Of a stretch of 32,234 nt of DNA, positions 1 to 8,252 are shown piece after piece. The first letter of the stretch is position 1. Every line of letters starts with the position of its first letter. The stretch is from Actinomycetota bacterium (GTDB lineage: Bacteria; Actinomycetota; Thermoleophilia; Gaiellales; Gaiellaceae), in the NCBI GenBank assembly GCA_040349295.1, contig JBEQUF010000349.1:1-32234 (forward strand). The letters run 5' to 3'. The position numbers were made by a program, and so were the translations under genes. The notes beneath the pieces are model-generated. The model ran no database searches. It saw only the letters and a list, made by a program, of their open reading frames with translations, and was not told the DNA's origin.

Positions 1-838
1 CGAGGTGTCGAACAGCGCCTCCCAGATCAGCGGCCCGGGCGCCGCCGGGCTCCTGATCCAGTGGCTGACCGCGCCGTTCGCGGTCGCGGTCGACGCGGTC
101 AGCTTCGTCGCCTCTGCGGTGCTCGTCGCGCGCATCACCGCGAGGGAGACGGTCGACGCCCCCGCGACGCGCAGCGGCCTACGGCGCGAGATCGCCGAGG
201 GCCTCCGCTACCTCGTCCGCGACCCGCGCTGGCGCGCGATGTCCACATTCGTCGCGGTCTTCAACTTCGGCGCCGGGATCACGGGGCCGCTGATCATCGT
301 CTACGCCGTGCGGCGACTCGGCCTCAGCGCCGGCGAGCTCGGCCTCGTCTTCATGCTCGGGAACGTCGGCTGGCTCGCCGGCGCGGCGACGGCGCAACGG
401 ATCGGCGAAGCGCTCGGCATCGGCCGGGCGATGCTCGCGATGGGCGCGTTCTGCGGGGCCATCTCGTACGCGACGCCGCTGACGACGCGGTCGGCCGCCA
501 TCCCCGTGCTCGTCGTCGCACAGGCGGTCGGATCGTTCGCCCTCGTCGTCCTGAACGTCAACGGCCGCAGCCTCTACCAGGCGCTCGTGCCGCCGCGGCT
601 GCTCGGACGCATGAACGCCTCGCGGCGCTGGATCGTCTGGGGGATCATCCCGCTCGGCAACGTCCTCGGCGGCGCGCTGGCGACAGCGGTCGGGTTGCGC
701 ACGACGCTCTTCGCCGGCGGCGCGATCGTGCTCGCGTCGTCGGCGACGCTGTGCACGAGATCGATCGTCTCCATCGCTACCGTGGACGGCGATGCCCGAG
801 CTCCCGGAGATGGAAGCGTGGCGGCGGCAGCTGAATGA
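1..838 (+). CDS. MFS-type transporter, C-terminal part (5' end lies outside the window)
   Basis: The frame is open to the window edge. The sequence is strongly hydrophobic with multiple TM segments (LLIQWLTAPFAVAVDAVSFVASAVLVARI, VVAQAVGSFALVVLNVNGRSLYQALVPPRLLGRMNA), resembling the second half of EntS/MFS_3-type exporters. Stop TGA at 836-838. Confidence 0.7.
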   Translation, partial: EVSNSASQISGPGAAGLLIQWLTAPFAVAVDAVSFVASAVLVARITARETVDAPATRSGLRREIAEGLRYLVRDPRWRAMSTFVAVFNFGAGITGPLIIVYAVRRLGLSAGELGLVFMLGNVGWLAGAATAQRIGEALGIGRAMLAMGAFCGAISYATPLTTRSAAIPVLVVAQAVGSFALVVLNVNGRSLYQALVPPRLLGRMNASRRWIVWGIIPLGNVLGGALATAVGLRTTLFAGGAIVLASSATLCTRSIVSIATVDGDARAPGDGSVAAAAE

Positions 839-1619
839 CCCCGTGTCGGCCTTCCCGATCGCGAAGGCCGGGCCGGCACACATCGCGACGCTGAAGACGT
901 TCGACCCCCCGCTCGACGACCTCGTCGGGCGGCAGTTCCGCGGCGTCGAACGGCGCGGCAAGCGGCTCCTGTTCCCGACCGCCGACGGCGAGCTCGTCCT
1001 GCTCATCCACCTGATGACGAGCGGCCGGCTGAAGACGCTGCAGGCCGGCGACGCGGCGCCGAAGCAGCCGGCGTTCGCGCTCGAGTTCACGGGCGGCTCC
1101 AAGCTCGTCCTCACCGAGAACGCCCGGCGCAAGCAGGCGGGCGTCTGGCTCTACCGGCCCGAGCAGGTGGAGGCCGAGCTCGGGCACCTGGGCCCGGATG
1201 CGCTCGGGATCACGGCCGACCGGCTGGCCGAGATCCTCAAGGGGGACTCGCGCCGGCTGCACGCGATGCTCCGCGACCAGCGGCTGATCGCGGGCATCGG
1301 CCGATCGTGGTCGAACGAGATCCTCCACGAGGCGAAGCTGTCGCCCTACGCGCTCACGACCGAGCTCGACGACGCCGAGACCGAGCGGCTCGCGGCCGCC
1401 ATCAACAGCGAGCTCGCCCGCGGCCTCGCCCTCCGCGAGGCCGGCGCGTCCGACGCGAAGGCGTACCGCATCCATCACAAGCTCGGCGAGCCGTGCGACG
1501 TCTGCGGGACGCCGATCGCGCAGGTCGACTTCGAGTCGCACACGATCTACTACTGCCCGCACTGCCAGACGGGCGGCCGGGAGCTGAAGGACCGCCGCCT
1601 GTCGCGGCTCCTGAAGTGA
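792..1619 (+). CDS. Fpg/Nei family DNA glycosylase / AP lyase
   Basis: The N-terminus MPELPEME is the hallmark of this family, with a catalytic Pro after Met removal. There is an H2TH-like middle region and a C-terminal zinc finger, CDVCGTPIAQVDFESHTIYYCPHC. The start is fixed by the PELPE motif, so the gene overlaps the MFS gene by 47 nt. Confidence 0.9.
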   Translation: MPELPEMEAWRRQLNDPVSAFPIAKAGPAHIATLKTFDPPLDDLVGRQFRGVERRGKRLLFPTADGELVLLIHLMTSGRLKTLQAGDAAPKQPAFALEFTGGSKLVLTENARRKQAGVWLYRPEQVEAELGHLGPDALGITADRLAEILKGDSRRLHAMLRDQRLIAGIGRSWSNEILHEAKLSPYALTTELDDAETERLAAAINSELARGLALREAGASDAKAYRIHHKLGEPCDVCGTPIAQVDFESHTIYYCPHCQTGGRELKDRRLSRLLK

Positions 1620-1633
1620 AGTAGGGTCCCCGC

Positions 1634-2029
1634 GTGACCAAGACCGTCAACGACCTGATGGTCAAGGACGTCCTGACGGTCGAGCCGTCGGACACGATCG
1701 GCGAGGCCGCGGAGAAGATGCACGCGGCGAACGTCGGTGCGGTCGTCGTCGTCGAGGACATGGTGCGCGTCGTCGGCATCGTCACCGAGCGCGACCTGAT
1801 GCGGGCCGTCGCGCAGCGGGCGCGGGCCGCCGAGGCCCGCGTCCGGCAGTGGATGACCGTCGATCCGGTGACGATCGAGCCGGAGACGACGATCGAGGAC
1901 GCCGCCCAGATCATGTTCGACCACAACTTCCGGCACCTGCCGGTGGTGAAGGACGGACGGCCGCTCGGGATCGTCAGCCTCCGGCTGCTCGCCCGCTGGG
2001 CCTTCGAGTCCGTCCAGCGCGCCCAATAG
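1634..2029 (+). CDS. CBS-pair domain protein
   Basis: 131 aa with a GTG start. Two CBS-like repeats are visible: DLMVKDVLTVEPSDTIGEAAEKMHAANVGAVVVVED..GIVTERDL and WMTVDPVTIEPETTIEDAAQIMFDHNFRHLPVVKDGRPLGIVS. Confidence 0.8.
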   Translation: MTKTVNDLMVKDVLTVEPSDTIGEAAEKMHAANVGAVVVVEDMVRVVGIVTERDLMRAVAQRARAAEARVRQWMTVDPVTIEPETTIEDAAQIMFDHNFRHLPVVKDGRPLGIVSLRLLARWAFESVQRAQ

Positions 2030-2039
2030 GCTCCGGCCG

Positions 2040-2672
2040 GTGATCCGGTTGTTCCCGAACCGAGGCGGGTGGCTCGAGGTCGTCTGCGGACCGATGTTCA
2101 GCGGCAAGAGCGAGGAGCTCATCCGCCGGCTGCGCCGCGCCGAGATCGCCGGGCAGCGGGCGCTGATCGTCAAGCCGCGGATCGACGACCGGTACGACAT
2201 CGGCCACGTCGTCTCGCACGCGGGCGCGAAGATGCGCGCCGTCGCCGTCTCCGAGCCCGCCGACATCCCGGGGCTCGTCGACGGCTACGACGTGATCGGG
2301 ATCGACGAGGTGCAGTTCTTCCCGGCCGAGATCGTGCTCGTGATCGACGCGCTCGTCGAGCGCGGCGCGCGCGTGGTCTGCTCCGGGCTCGACCAGGACT
2401 TCCGCGGCCTGCCGTTCGGGCCGATGCCCGAGCTGCTCTGCCGCGCCGAGCTCGTCGACAAGCTGCAGGCGGTCTGCCACCGCTGCGGCGGGCCGGCGAC
2501 GATGACGCAGCGGCTCGTCGACGGCTACCCCGCTCCGGCGGACGGCGCGACGATCGTCGTCGGCGCCCTCGAGCAGTACGAGGCGCGCTGCCGCGACTGC
2601 CACGAGCTCGCCGAGCCCGCGCTACAGCCGAATGGTCAGCGTGTCTCCGCTGACCGACACGTCACCGCCTAG
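2040..2672 (+). CDS. tdk: thymidine kinase
   Basis: P-loop GPMFSGKSEELIRR, then IVKPRIDDRY and IGIDEVQFF, with C-terminal Cys pairs CHRCGG...CRDCH. The start is uncertain: GTG 2040 or TTG 2049. The 3' end overlaps the convergent gene at 2622-3194. Confidence 0.9.
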   Translation: MIRLFPNRGGWLEVVCGPMFSGKSEELIRRLRRAEIAGQRALIVKPRIDDRYDIGHVVSHAGAKMRAVAVSEPADIPGLVDGYDVIGIDEVQFFPAEIVLVIDALVERGARVVCSGLDQDFRGLPFGPMPELLCRAELVDKLQAVCHRCGGPATMTQRLVDGYPAPADGATIVVGALEQYEARCRDCHELAEPALQPNGQRVSADRHVTA

Positions 2673-3194
2673 CGCGCGGATCACCCGGACGGCCACGGCG
2701 GCGCCGAGGTCGCGGAGATCCTCGCCGAGCACGACCGGCGCGGAGGCTGGCGTGATCGGCGCGACGTCGAGCTCCCGCCCGCGCACGGCCACCGTCACCT
2801 CGTCGAGGCCGCCGTGGCGCAGGGCGCAGCGGACGAGCGCCGTCAGGCCGCGGTCGACGGGATCGACATCCGTCTCGATCGTCTCCCCCTCGCCGGAGAC
2901 GTGCACCTCGACCTCCTCGAGGCGCTCCTGCGCGTGCCGGGCGAGCTCGAGCGTGTCGACCGCCCGCGGCGTCGGGTCGTAGCGGCCGCCCTCGATCCTG
3001 GCGGCGAGCGAGAGCGCGTCCAGCAGGTCGCCCATCTGGGCCGAGGCCAGGCCGATCATCTCGAAGTAGCGGTCGGCAGGCGGCTCCAGCTCGAGCGTCC
3101 GCTCGAGCGTCTTCACGAAGCCGTGGACGGTCGCGAGCGGCGTCCGGACGTCGTGACACGCGAGCGATACGAGCTTGGCGAAATCGTCTGCCAT
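2622..3194 (-). CDS. soluble histidine-kinase-like protein (HisKA H-box present, ATPase boxes degenerate)
   Basis: ATG at 3194 (MADDFAKLVSLACHDVRTPLATVHGF). The H-box CHDVRTPL is present. The positions where N, G1 and G2 boxes are expected read LVRCALRHGG and DLGAAVAVRVIRALGGDV. There is no TM or sensor domain. Confidence 0.65.
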   Translation of the reverse strand: MADDFAKLVSLACHDVRTPLATVHGFVKTLERTLELEPPADRYFEMIGLASAQMGDLLDALSLAARIEGGRYDPTPRAVDTLELARHAQERLEEVEVHVSGEGETIETDVDPVDRGLTALVRCALRHGGLDEVTVAVRGRELDVAPITPASAPVVLGEDLRDLGAAVAVRVIRALGGDVSVSGDTLTIRL

Positions 3195-3214
3195 CGTTCG
3201 GGCACAGTATCCGG

Positions 3215-4186
3215 ATGGAGGATTTGCAAGCCGCACCCCCCGACGTCCGCATCGGCCTCTCGCGGGCCGGGGTCACCGGCGTCCAGAAGGCGGTGCGCGT
3301 CGGCAGCGGCAAGCGCGAGAAGCTGATCGCGGCCACGTTCGACTGCACGGTCGACCTCGACCCGTCGCAGAAGGGCGTCCACATGTCGCGCTTCCCCGAG
3401 CTCTTCGAGGAGGCGATCGAAGAGGTCGTCCGCGGCGACGCCTTCCTGATCGAAGATCTCGCCGAGCACGTCGCCCGCCACATCGTCGAGCGCCAGCAGG
3501 CGGTGCTCGCGGAGGTGCACATCGCCGCCCGCTACCCGTACCGCCGCCGGACGCCGGTCACGAAGCTGTCGACGCAGGAGATCGTCTCGCTGATCGGGAT
3601 CGCGTCCGCCTCCGAGCGCGGGACGCGCCGCGTCGTCGGCGTCGAGGCCGTCGGGATCAACGCCTGCCCGTGCGCACAGGGGATGGTTCGCGGCGCCGCG
3701 GCGGAGCGCCTGCTCGAGGCGGGCTTCGAGGACGGCGACGTCGCGCGGATCCTCGAGCTCGTCCCGCTCGCCACGCACAACCAGCGCGGCCTCGGCACCC
3801 TCTACCTCGGCACGGGCGAGCGCCTCGACGCGGAGGAGCTCGTGCAGATCGTCGAGTCCTCGATGAGCTCGCCGATCTACGAGCTGCTGAAGCGGCCCGA
3901 CGAGCTGTTCGTCGTCGAGCACGCGCATCTCCAGCCGCGGTTCGTCGAGGACTCGGTGCGGGTCGCGCTGCGGAGCGTGCTCGACGCCTACCCCGCGCTC
4001 GAGGACGGCGACTTCGTGCTGTCGCGCCAGGTGAACTTCGAGACGATCCACGCCCACGAGGTCGTCGCGGAGCGCTGGGGCACGATCGGCGAGCTGCGCG
4101 CCGAGGTCGACGGCGACGCCGGCCACGGGCCGCTCTCGCACACCGGGCTCAGGGAGTGGCTGCGGGCTTCGCCCGCGTCCGCGTGA
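3215..4186 (+). CDS. folE2: GTP cyclohydrolase I type 2 (FolE2/MptA family)
   Basis: Family motifs seen: PDVRIGLSRAGVTGVQKAV, DPSQKGVHMSRF, INACPCAQ, ATHNQRG and a C-terminal FETIHAHE. Confidence 0.85.
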   Translation: MEDLQAAPPDVRIGLSRAGVTGVQKAVRVGSGKREKLIAATFDCTVDLDPSQKGVHMSRFPELFEEAIEEVVRGDAFLIEDLAEHVARHIVERQQAVLAEVHIAARYPYRRRTPVTKLSTQEIVSLIGIASASERGTRRVVGVEAVGINACPCAQGMVRGAAAERLLEAGFEDGDVARILELVPLATHNQRGLGTLYLGTGERLDAEELVQIVESSMSSPIYELLKRPDELFVVEHAHLQPRFVEDSVRVALRSVLDAYPALEDGDFVLSRQVNFETIHAHEVVAERWGTIGELRAEVDGDAGHGPLSHTGLREWLRASPASA

Positions 4187-4760
4187 AGCGGTTCTCCTCG
4201 CCGCGCCAGAGCCGTCCGACGTTGGCGCGGTGCAGCACCGCCACCCCGAGCGCCGCGACGCCCGCGAAGACGGTCACCGGCCAGGGATAGCCGAGCAGCC
4301 AGCTCCAGAGCGGCAGCGAGGCGGCCGAGAGGATCGACGCGACGGACGCGTAGCGCGTCAGCCCGAAGACGAGCAGCCAGACGCCGGCGCCGAGCCCGCC
4401 GACCATCGGCGCCAGCCCGAGGAACGAGCCGCCGGCGGTCGCGACCATCTTCCCGCCCTTCTGGAACTTCAGGAAGAGCGGCCGCCAGTGGCCGGCCATC
4501 GCCGCCGCACCGGTGAGCGCCCCAACGCCGTGGCCGGCGACCTTCGTCGCGATCAGCACCGGGACGAAGCCCTTCGCCGTGTCGAGCACGACCGCCGGCA
4601 GGCCGAGCGTGCGACCGTGCACGCGCCACACGTTGGTCGCGCCGACGTTGCCGCTCCCCTGCGTGCGGATGTCCTCGTGCCGGAAGGCGCGGACGAGCCA
4701 GTAGCCCCAGGTGACGGAGCCGCTCAGGTAGCCGATGACGACGAACAGTGCCGCCAGCAT
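4149..4760 (-). CDS. plsY: glycerol-3-phosphate acyltransferase PlsY
   Basis: Starts MLAALFVVIGYLSGS and carries the hallmark GSGNVGATNVWR and DTAKGFVPVLIA. Multi-TM, about 200 aa. Confidence 0.9.
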   Translation of the reverse strand: MLAALFVVIGYLSGSVTWGYWLVRAFRHEDIRTQGSGNVGATNVWRVHGRTLGLPAVVLDTAKGFVPVLIATKVAGHGVGALTGAAAMAGHWRPLFLKFQKGGKMVATAGGSFLGLAPMVGGLGAGVWLLVFGLTRYASVASILSAASLPLWSWLLGYPWPVTVFAGVAALGVAVLHRANVGRLWRGEENRFTRTRAKPAATP

Positions 4761-4766
4761 GTGGAT

Positions 4767-5387
4767 CTAGACGCGGATGCCGTACTGGTCGACCCAGCCG
4801 TTGACGACGTCCCAATCGAGGTTCGCGAAGAACGCGTCGATGTAGGCGGCGCGATCGGTCTGGTAGTCGAGGAAGTAGGCGTGCTCGTAGACGTCGAGCG
4901 CGACGAGCGGCGTGGCGTTCCACACGGGGAACGTGTTCTGCGCGTCGCCGATGTAGTTGAAGAGCCGCCCTTCGTCCCAGTCGTATGCCGTCCACGCCCA
5001 GCCGCGACCGGCGAGGCCGGTCGCCTTCAGGTCGGTGCGCCACGCGTCGATCGAGCCGAAGTCCCGCTTGACGAGCGCGCCGAACGACCCGGTGGGGTCG
5101 CCGCCGCCGCCGCCGAGATGCGCGAAGTAGAGCTCGTGGTTCTTGATCCCGCCGATCGCGAAGGTCAGATCGACCTTGAGCGCGCGCAGGTCGCTGTAGA
5201 CCTGGTTCGCGCTGCCGAGGTCGACGGCCGCGAGCTTGCCGAGGATCTCGTTCCGCTTGTTCACGTAGCCCTGATAGAGCTTGTAATGCGCCTCGATCGA
5301 GGCGCGGGAGATCCCGTCGAGCTCGTATGCCTCGGGCCGAAGCGGTCTGGGTGCAATCTCTTCGAAGTTGAAAGCAAGCGTGGTCAT
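4767..5387 (-). CDS. divergent Fe/Mn superoxide dismutase family paralogue
   Basis: ATG at 5387 (MTTLAFNF). Sod_Fe N and C signatures are present: IEAHYKLYQGYV, GGIKNHELYF, DVYEHAYFLDY. The ligand-equivalent residues His, His, Asp and His appear retained, but second-sphere residues differ from the canonical neighbour. It ends 6 nt upstream of plsY. Confidence 0.8.
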   Translation of the reverse strand: MTTLAFNFEEIAPRPLRPEAYELDGISRASIEAHYKLYQGYVNKRNEILGKLAAVDLGSANQVYSDLRALKVDLTFAIGGIKNHELYFAHLGGGGGDPTGSFGALVKRDFGSIDAWRTDLKATGLAGRGWAWTAYDWDEGRLFNYIGDAQNTFPVWNATPLVALDVYEHAYFLDYQTDRAAYIDAFFANLDWDVVNGWVDQYGIRV

Positions 5388-5411
5388 GGGGCCGGAGTAT
5401 AAGGTCGAGTG

Positions 5412-6020
5412 ATGGCCTTCCAACTTCCAGATCTTCCGTATGACTACAGCGCACTCGAGCCGCACATCGATGCGGAGACGATGCGCATCCACCACGACCT
5501 CCACCACAAGGCGTACGTGGACAACGCGAACGCCGCACTCGACGGCACCGAGTTCGCCGACTGGTCCGTCGAGAAGGTGCTCGGCGACCTCGACCTGATC
5601 CCCGAGGAGAAGCGCACCGCCGTCCGCAACAACGCCGGCGGCCACGCCAACCACTCGCTCTTCTGGCAGATCATGTCGCCGGACGGCGGCGGCGAGCCGA
5701 GCGGCGACCTCGCCGCGGCGATCGCCGACGCGTGGGGCAGCGTCGACGAGTTCAAGAAGGCGGTGAACGACGGCGGCGTCAAGCGGTTCGGCTCCGGCTG
5801 GAGCTGGCTCGTCTGGGACGGTACGGCGCTCTCGCTCTACTCGACGCCGAACCAGGACTCGCCGCTCCTGCAGGACGACACGCCGCTCCTCGGCATCGAC
5901 GTCTGGGAGCACGCGTACTACCTCAAGTACCAGAACAAGCGTCCCGCCTACCTCGAGGCGTGGTGGAACGTCGTCAACTGGGACGAGGTTGCAAAGCGCT
6001 TCGCCGAGGCGCGCGGCTAG
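5412..6020 (+). CDS. sodA: superoxide dismutase (Fe/Mn type)
   Basis: Canonical [49 protein letters not shown] and [15 protein letters not shown]. An alternative in-frame GTG lies at 5409. Confidence 0.93.
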   Translation: MAFQLPDLPYDYSALEPHIDAETMRIHHDLHHKAYVDNANAALDGTEFADWSVEKVLGDLDLIPEEKRTAVRNNAGGHANHSLFWQIMSPDGGGEPSGDLAAAIADAWGSVDEFKKAVNDGGVKRFGSGWSWLVWDGTALSLYSTPNQDSPLLQDDTPLLGIDVWEHAYYLKYQNKRPAYLEAWWNVVNWDEVAKRFAEARG

Positions 6021-6033
6021 AGCCGCGCGCCTC
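6006..6033. terminator. perfect 12-bp-stem hairpin between convergent genes, embedding the sodA stop codon
   Basis: gaggcgcgcggc (6006-6017), loop taga, gccgcgcgcctc (6022-6033). It lies between sodA (+) and the 6045-6905 gene (-). There is no U-tract, so the function is inferred. Confidence 0.55.
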
Positions 6034-6044
6034 GTGCGCATCCG

Positions 6045-6905
6045 TCAGCGGTGCGACCAGACGATGAGCCGGCTGACGCTGCCGACGTAGCCGAGACCCG
6101 CCTGGCTCTGCGGCAGCATCAGCCGCAGCGTGTAGTTGCCCTTCGGCACCACGATCTTGAAGGTGGCGCGGTTCGAGTCGCCGAGGTACACGTGCTTGAA
6201 CGAGTACCAGGCGCCCGTCGCGTTCTTCTTCTGCAGGATCACGAAGTGACCGCTGTAGCCGAGGTCGGACGTGACCTTGGCGACGAACAGGTTGCCGCTC
6301 CGGCCGAAGCCGACGCGCGGCGCGACGTTCACCGTCACCGGGCTGCTGTTCGAGACCGTGTAGTGCGCGGTGTACGTCGTCGAGATCGTCGGTGTGACGC
6401 CGAAGATGAACGTGCCGCCCGACTGCGTCGTCGTCGACTGGACGGACTGCACCGACTTGCCGTACGCCTGCGCGCTGAGCGTCACGGGCTGGTTCTGCAA
6501 CTGGTTCGAGATCTGCCCGTTCAGCTGCGTCGCGCTGCCGTAGATCACCGTCTGCAGCGACGCCCCGAGCGAGAGCGTCGCCGGCGGCGCGTTGACCTTC
6601 AGCGTGCCCTTGTGGGATGTCGCGTAGGCGTCCCTGTACGTGAACGATCCCGACTTCGTCGGCGTGAACGAGTAGGTCTGACCCGCCGAGAGGACGGGTG
6701 ACGCGAACGACCCGTTGTCGGCGACGACCTGATGGGTCTTCGTGTCGGAGTTGTGCCAGGTCACCGTGTCGCCGGCGGTGACGGTGATCGTGCCCGGCGT
6801 GAAGCCGTTCTTCGTGATCTGGACGGTCGTCGTCGCGGCGCCGATCGCCGCCGCGACCGCCAGCGCCGCCAGCACGGCCAACGGCAGGATCAGCAGTCGT
6901 TTCAT
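6045..6905 (-). CDS. secreted protein with an N-terminal cupredoxin-like (Cys-less) domain plus Thr/Ser/Gln-rich beta domains
   Basis: ATG at 6905, preceded by GGAGGGGG. Signal peptide MKRLLILPLAVLAALAVAAAIGA. The cupredoxin-like segment is VTAGDTVTWHNSDTKTHQVV...FTYRDAYATSHKGTLKV, and the position where the type-1 Cu Cys is expected has no Cys. GC content is visibly lower than in the flanks. Confidence 0.7.
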   Translation of the reverse strand: MKRLLILPLAVLAALAVAAAIGAATTTVQITKNGFTPGTITVTAGDTVTWHNSDTKTHQVVADNGSFASPVLSAGQTYSFTPTKSGSFTYRDAYATSHKGTLKVNAPPATLSLGASLQTVIYGSATQLNGQISNQLQNQPVTLSAQAYGKSVQSVQSTTTQSGGTFIFGVTPTISTTYTAHYTVSNSSPVTVNVAPRVGFGRSGNLFVAKVTSDLGYSGHFVILQKKNATGAWYSFKHVYLGDSNRATFKIVVPKGNYTLRLMLPQSQAGLGYVGSVSRLIVWSHR

Positions 6906-6980
6906 CTCGTGGTTCCCCCTCCTGGAATGCGTGTGCCTCTCACTAACGGTCTTCCCAGGAAATGCGTTGCGCTCGTCAGA

Positions 6981-7010
6981 TGGACGTAAAGGGCGCGTCA
7001 AACCGATAAT
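6981..7010 (+). promoter_or_regulatory. candidate sigma-70-type promoter for the ECF sigma gene
   Basis: TGGACG (6981-6986), 18-nt spacer, GATAAT (7005-7010), then 8 nt to the ATG at 7019. This is compatible with a leaderless or near-leaderless mRNA. Confidence 0.4.
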
Positions 7011-7018
7011 GGGCCGCG

Positions 7019-7642
7019 ATGCGTAGAAATCGGCGAGACATGGAGCTCGCACTCGACACCCCGCGGCTTCGGGTGGTCTCCGACGAGAGGAACGAACACG
7101 TTTCGCCGGACGCATCCGACGCCGAGCTGCTGACGCGCATCGCCGCCCGCGACCGCGAGGCGTTCGAGCTGCTCTACCACCGCTACGTCCGCTCCGTGTT
7201 CGGCGTCGCCCTGCGGCGCCTGCGCGACCGCCAGCGCGCCGAGGACGCCGTGCAGGAGACGTTCGCGTCGATCTGGCGCTCGGCGGCGAGCTACCGCCCC
7301 GAGCGCGGCCCCGCAGCGCCGTGGCTCTACGCGATCGCCAGGAACGCGATCGTCGACCGCTTCCGCTCCCAGCCCGACACGACGCCCGAGGTGCCGGACT
7401 TCGCCTCGACGGAGCCGGGCCCGGCCGACCGAGCGGAGTCCTCCGACGTCGCGTGGCGCATCCACCGGGCGCTCGAGGAGCTGCCGCCCCGCGAACGCGA
7501 GGTCGTCGAGCTCGCCTACTGGAGCGGCATGTCGCAGAGCGAGGTGGCCGAGTACCTCCACATCCCGCTCGGCACCGTGAAGACCCGCACCCGCAGCGCG
7601 CTCGCCCGGCTCGCGGACGTCCTCGAGGGAGAGCTCTCGTGA
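7019..7642 (+). CDS. ECF-type RNA polymerase sigma factor
   Basis: Region 2 reads REAFELLYHRYVRSVFGVALRRLRDRQRAEDAVQETFASIW...WLYAIARNAIVDRFR. Region 4 reads LEELPPREREVVELAYWSGMSQSEVAEYLHIPLGTVKTRTRSAL. An alternative start is ATG 7040. Confidence 0.9.
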   Translation: MRRNRRDMELALDTPRLRVVSDERNEHVSPDASDAELLTRIAARDREAFELLYHRYVRSVFGVALRRLRDRQRAEDAVQETFASIWRSAASYRPERGPAAPWLYAIARNAIVDRFRSQPDTTPEVPDFASTEPGPADRAESSDVAWRIHRALEELPPREREVVELAYWSGMSQSEVAEYLHIPLGTVKTRTRSALARLADVLEGELS

Positions 7643-8250
7643 GCGGGCCGAACTTCGACGAGCTGGTCGGCCAGGATCTCGACGCGCGCGAGCGGGACCG
7701 GCTGCGCGCCGTCCACGAGCAGCTGCTCGCGGCGGGGCCGCCGCCGGAGCTGCCGCCGCAGCTCGAGCGCGGGCCGACGCTCGGGATGACCCTGAACCGC
7801 AAGCCGACGCGCGTCAGCCGCCGAGTGGCGCTGCTCGCAGCGGCGATCTGCGCGTTCGGGGTCGCCTTCCTGCTCGGCTACATCGCCGGCAACAGCGGCG
7901 GCGGGCTCGCTCGCGGCACGGTGCTGCAGCTCGCGGGGACGAAGGCCGCGCCGTCCGCCCTCGCGTCGCTGAAGATCCTCCCGGCCGACACGTCGGGGAA
8001 CTGGCCGATGCAACTGACGGGGACCGGCCTGCCGAAGCTCACGGGACGTGGCTACTACGAGGTCTGGCTCGTGCGCGGCAAGGACTGGGAGCCGTGCGGC
8101 TCGTTCGTCGCCAAGGGCACGTCGAACGGGATCGACGTGACGCTCAACGCGCCGTACCGGCTGCGCAAGGGCGACAGGTGGCTCGTGACGACGCAGCACC
8201 GCGGCGACCGCAAGCACGGCCCGGTCGTGCTGCAGCCGACGAACGCCTAG
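7639..8250 (+). CDS. membrane anti-sigma factor (RskA-like extracytoplasmic domain)
   Basis: The GTG at 7639 overlaps the sigma gene stop (GTGA). It has a short cytoplasmic N-terminus, one TM (VALLAAAICAFGVAFLLGYIAG) and a C-terminal domain (YYEVWLVRGKDWEPCGSF...). No HxxxCxxC zinc motif is seen. Confidence 0.75.
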   Translation: MSGPNFDELVGQDLDARERDRLRAVHEQLLAAGPPPELPPQLERGPTLGMTLNRKPTRVSRRVALLAAAICAFGVAFLLGYIAGNSGGGLARGTVLQLAGTKAAPSALASLKILPADTSGNWPMQLTGTGLPKLTGRGYYEVWLVRGKDWEPCGSFVAKGTSNGIDVTLNAPYRLRKGDRWLVTTQHRGDRKHGPVVLQPTNA

Positions 8251-8252
8251 CG

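Noticed and set aside
6045-6905. Lower-GC secreted-protein genes (also 11742-12701) as horizontally acquired islands.
   Set aside because: The GC drop is explained by Thr, Ser, Asn, Gln, Tyr and Lys-rich extracellular protein composition. There are no flanking tRNA, integrase or repeat boundaries.
6906-7802. N-terminal extensions of the tracked ORFs 6045-7802, 11742-14126, 14566-16485, 17732-19540, 20271-21542 and 25749-28937.
   Set aside because: The extensions are Arg-rich junk that runs through neighbouring genes. In each case an internal ATG or GTG gives a protein that starts with a signal peptide or a family-typical N-terminus and fits the overlap pattern of the operon.
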